This document shows positions 62,465 through 64,000 of a stretch of DNA of 64,000 bases, piece after piece. Origin of the DNA: Nemertoderma westbladi (Eukaryota; Animalia; Xenacoelomorpha). The notes under the pieces are model-generated. The model was given only the letters and a program-made list of their open reading frames with translations. It searched no databases and was not told the DNA's origin. The stretch is from the NCBI GenBank assembly GCA_032718475.1, contig JAUCBJ010006842.1, positions 265,980 through 329,979 on the forward strand. Reading direction: 5' to 3'. The translations under genes were made by a program, and so were the position numbers. Each line of letters begins with the position of its first letter. Position 1 is the first letter of the stretch.

Positions 62465-63576
62465 ACATTACTTTATTACTTTATATAAGTTAACTATCAC
62501 TACCGGTATATACACTGGTATATAAGCAAAGCATATAAAGTACTGGTAGGTACCGGTACCGGTGCGGTAGGCCTATGTTTTTAATTTCAAAAGGTGTTTT
62601 TAATGAGTAATGCAATCAAAGGTACCGGTACATGCTGAATGCCATGCCATGTGCCATGACAGCATGATTGATTTTGCAGTTGGCCTACCTACAGTTAGTG
62701 GTAAGTAAATACTGCGTCAGGCAGACTGGCAGACAGAGAATTTTCTAAATCTAAAATTTAAATGGGCAAGTTTGTTCCGAGTCTAGCCGTAACATAATTA
62801 TCCTGTCAGCCTGTATGCGCGCTAGACAAGACATCTAAATGCGCGCCACACGCACTTTCGGATGCGCTCCACATGTTGAGCAAACTTCCAACCTGGGCCT
62901 TACAAAAACGTAATGCTGAAATCAGAAATGGCCTAACCCGAACACCTAAACCACATAAGGTAAACAGTACCGGTAGCTAAACGTTAAACAGGCAGTGGTA
63001 CAGTACAGGTAGGTAGAGCTTATAGAGATATACCAGTCTGCCAGTACAGCTGTACAGCATACGGCAGTATGGCTGTATGGTACCTACATCGGTTCGGTGG
63101 CTGTGGCTGTCAGCGTGTAGTAAGCTGTGACTGGAATCAGGTCTGCAGGTAATGAATGAATGGCCTTAAATTTCTAGGCCTTTTAAGGTGGCCTGTTAGG
63201 CCGTATATATAGTAGGCCATGGCATACCTAACCATGTAAATTAACTACTGATATAGAATAATTTTAAAATACTTTCAGTTTCACACACACACCACTTACC
63301 AAGCAGTGACATAACCGGTACATACTGCTTACAGTAGGCCTACTGAAATAAGAGGATTGTAAACAACTTTCATTTTTCACAAACACACATAATAGCTACA
63401 TACCGGTTACACCACTCTGGCTGCGTATTTTGACCTAGCCCTATTTAAATATTGCATGCATGCATAAAGCTGCTAAGCTGCATGACTGACATGCGAGTCA
63501 GTCATTAATAGTAAGAACTAAGTAGTGAGATTACTTGTTTTTTATTAAAATATTCCTGAGAATAGATATTGCTGTA

Positions 63577-64000
63577 ATGTCATCACGTTCAGAAACTAAA
63601 CATCCATATTTTGGATATCCAAAGGACCTATCTATATCAAATAAATTGCCAACTGGGCTGGATTGTATGCAACACCTAATGTTCCTGCGTCAACAAAAAC
63701 GCAATGGTGCAACCGACACTGATTCTGAATGCCGTGACTGTGCTGAAGTTGTGTTAGGGATTTGTATTCCTACATTTACATCTTCAACTGCGTTGGCGAA
63801 ACGATTAAGAAAATTGTTTGATACATATAAATCTGTAGACCGCATTTCAAAGCAAATAAAAAACCATCAAGCTGCAATTGTTGATAAGTATTTAAAGCAA
63901 CTATCTGAAATCTTGGATATTGCATTTTGGAAATGTAAGAGTCATTCCAGATGTATTTGTGAGAAATCCAAGAAAATTCCTGCCTCGGAATGGGAATTTT
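63577..64000 (+). CDS. N-terminus of a probable hATm-like transposase, open to the window end and absent from the ORF track
   Basis: MSSRSETKHPYFGYPKDL...KLPT...ILDIAFWKCKSHSRCICEKSKKIPASEWEF with no stop in 141 codons. The LDIAxxKC...CxC...KIPxxExxF motif is one I associate with hATm-type transposases. Confidence 0.65.
   Translation, partial: MSSRSETKHPYFGYPKDLSISNKLPTGLDCMQHLMFLRQQKRNGATDTDSECRDCAEVVLGICIPTFTSSTALAKRLRKLFDTYKSVDRISKQIKNHQAAIVDKYLKQLSEILDIAFWKCKSHSRCICEKSKKIPASEWEF

Larger units (their letters stand above)
59808..63221 (-). mobile_element. P-element (THAP9-type) DNA transposon
   Basis: ~63-bp TIRs beginning CATGGCCTACTATATATACGGCCTAACAGGC; 7-bp TSD GCATACC at 59801-59807 and 63222-63228; THAP plus transposase ORFs inside. 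Confidence 0.93.
59157..64000 (+). mobile_element. Probable hATm-type DNA transposon, left end, extending beyond the window
   Basis: An abrupt TAGGGGTGAATGAAAAAAATTTT start breaks a local duplication; transposase-like ORF at 63577. The right end and TSD are not visible. Confidence 0.55.

Overview
AT-rich, transposon-dominated eukaryotic (animal, probably invertebrate) DNA; no prokaryotic gene organisation and no CRISPR array. The only host-like genes are two paralogous single-exon rhodopsin-family GPCRs (10322-11290, 50629-51618). The rest is layered mobile DNA. (1) A head-to-tail array of four Helentron/HINE-like elements with two co-varying terminal types (1494-7387). (2) A full-length Gypsy LTR retrotransposon (15911-29155; tRNA-Pro PBS, PPT, AGAA TSD) carrying two nested sense-strand LINEs, one with a 69-bp TSD. 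(3) A Harbinger element (34503-38439, CAG TSD). The Gypsy and the Harbinger landed 5 bp apart in two copies of one palindromic MITE. (4) A P-element/THAP transposon (59808-63221, 7-bp TSD) nested in a probable hATm element. (5) Several RTE fragments, a tRNA-derived SINE, MITEs and satellites. The most unusual item is a ~530-bp non-coding element at 43941-44467. It fuses a tRNA-derived Pol III head directly to a minimal type I hammerhead ribozyme and has a Penelope-style direct plus inverted repeat layout. All calls come from reading the sequence by eye; no database searches were run.
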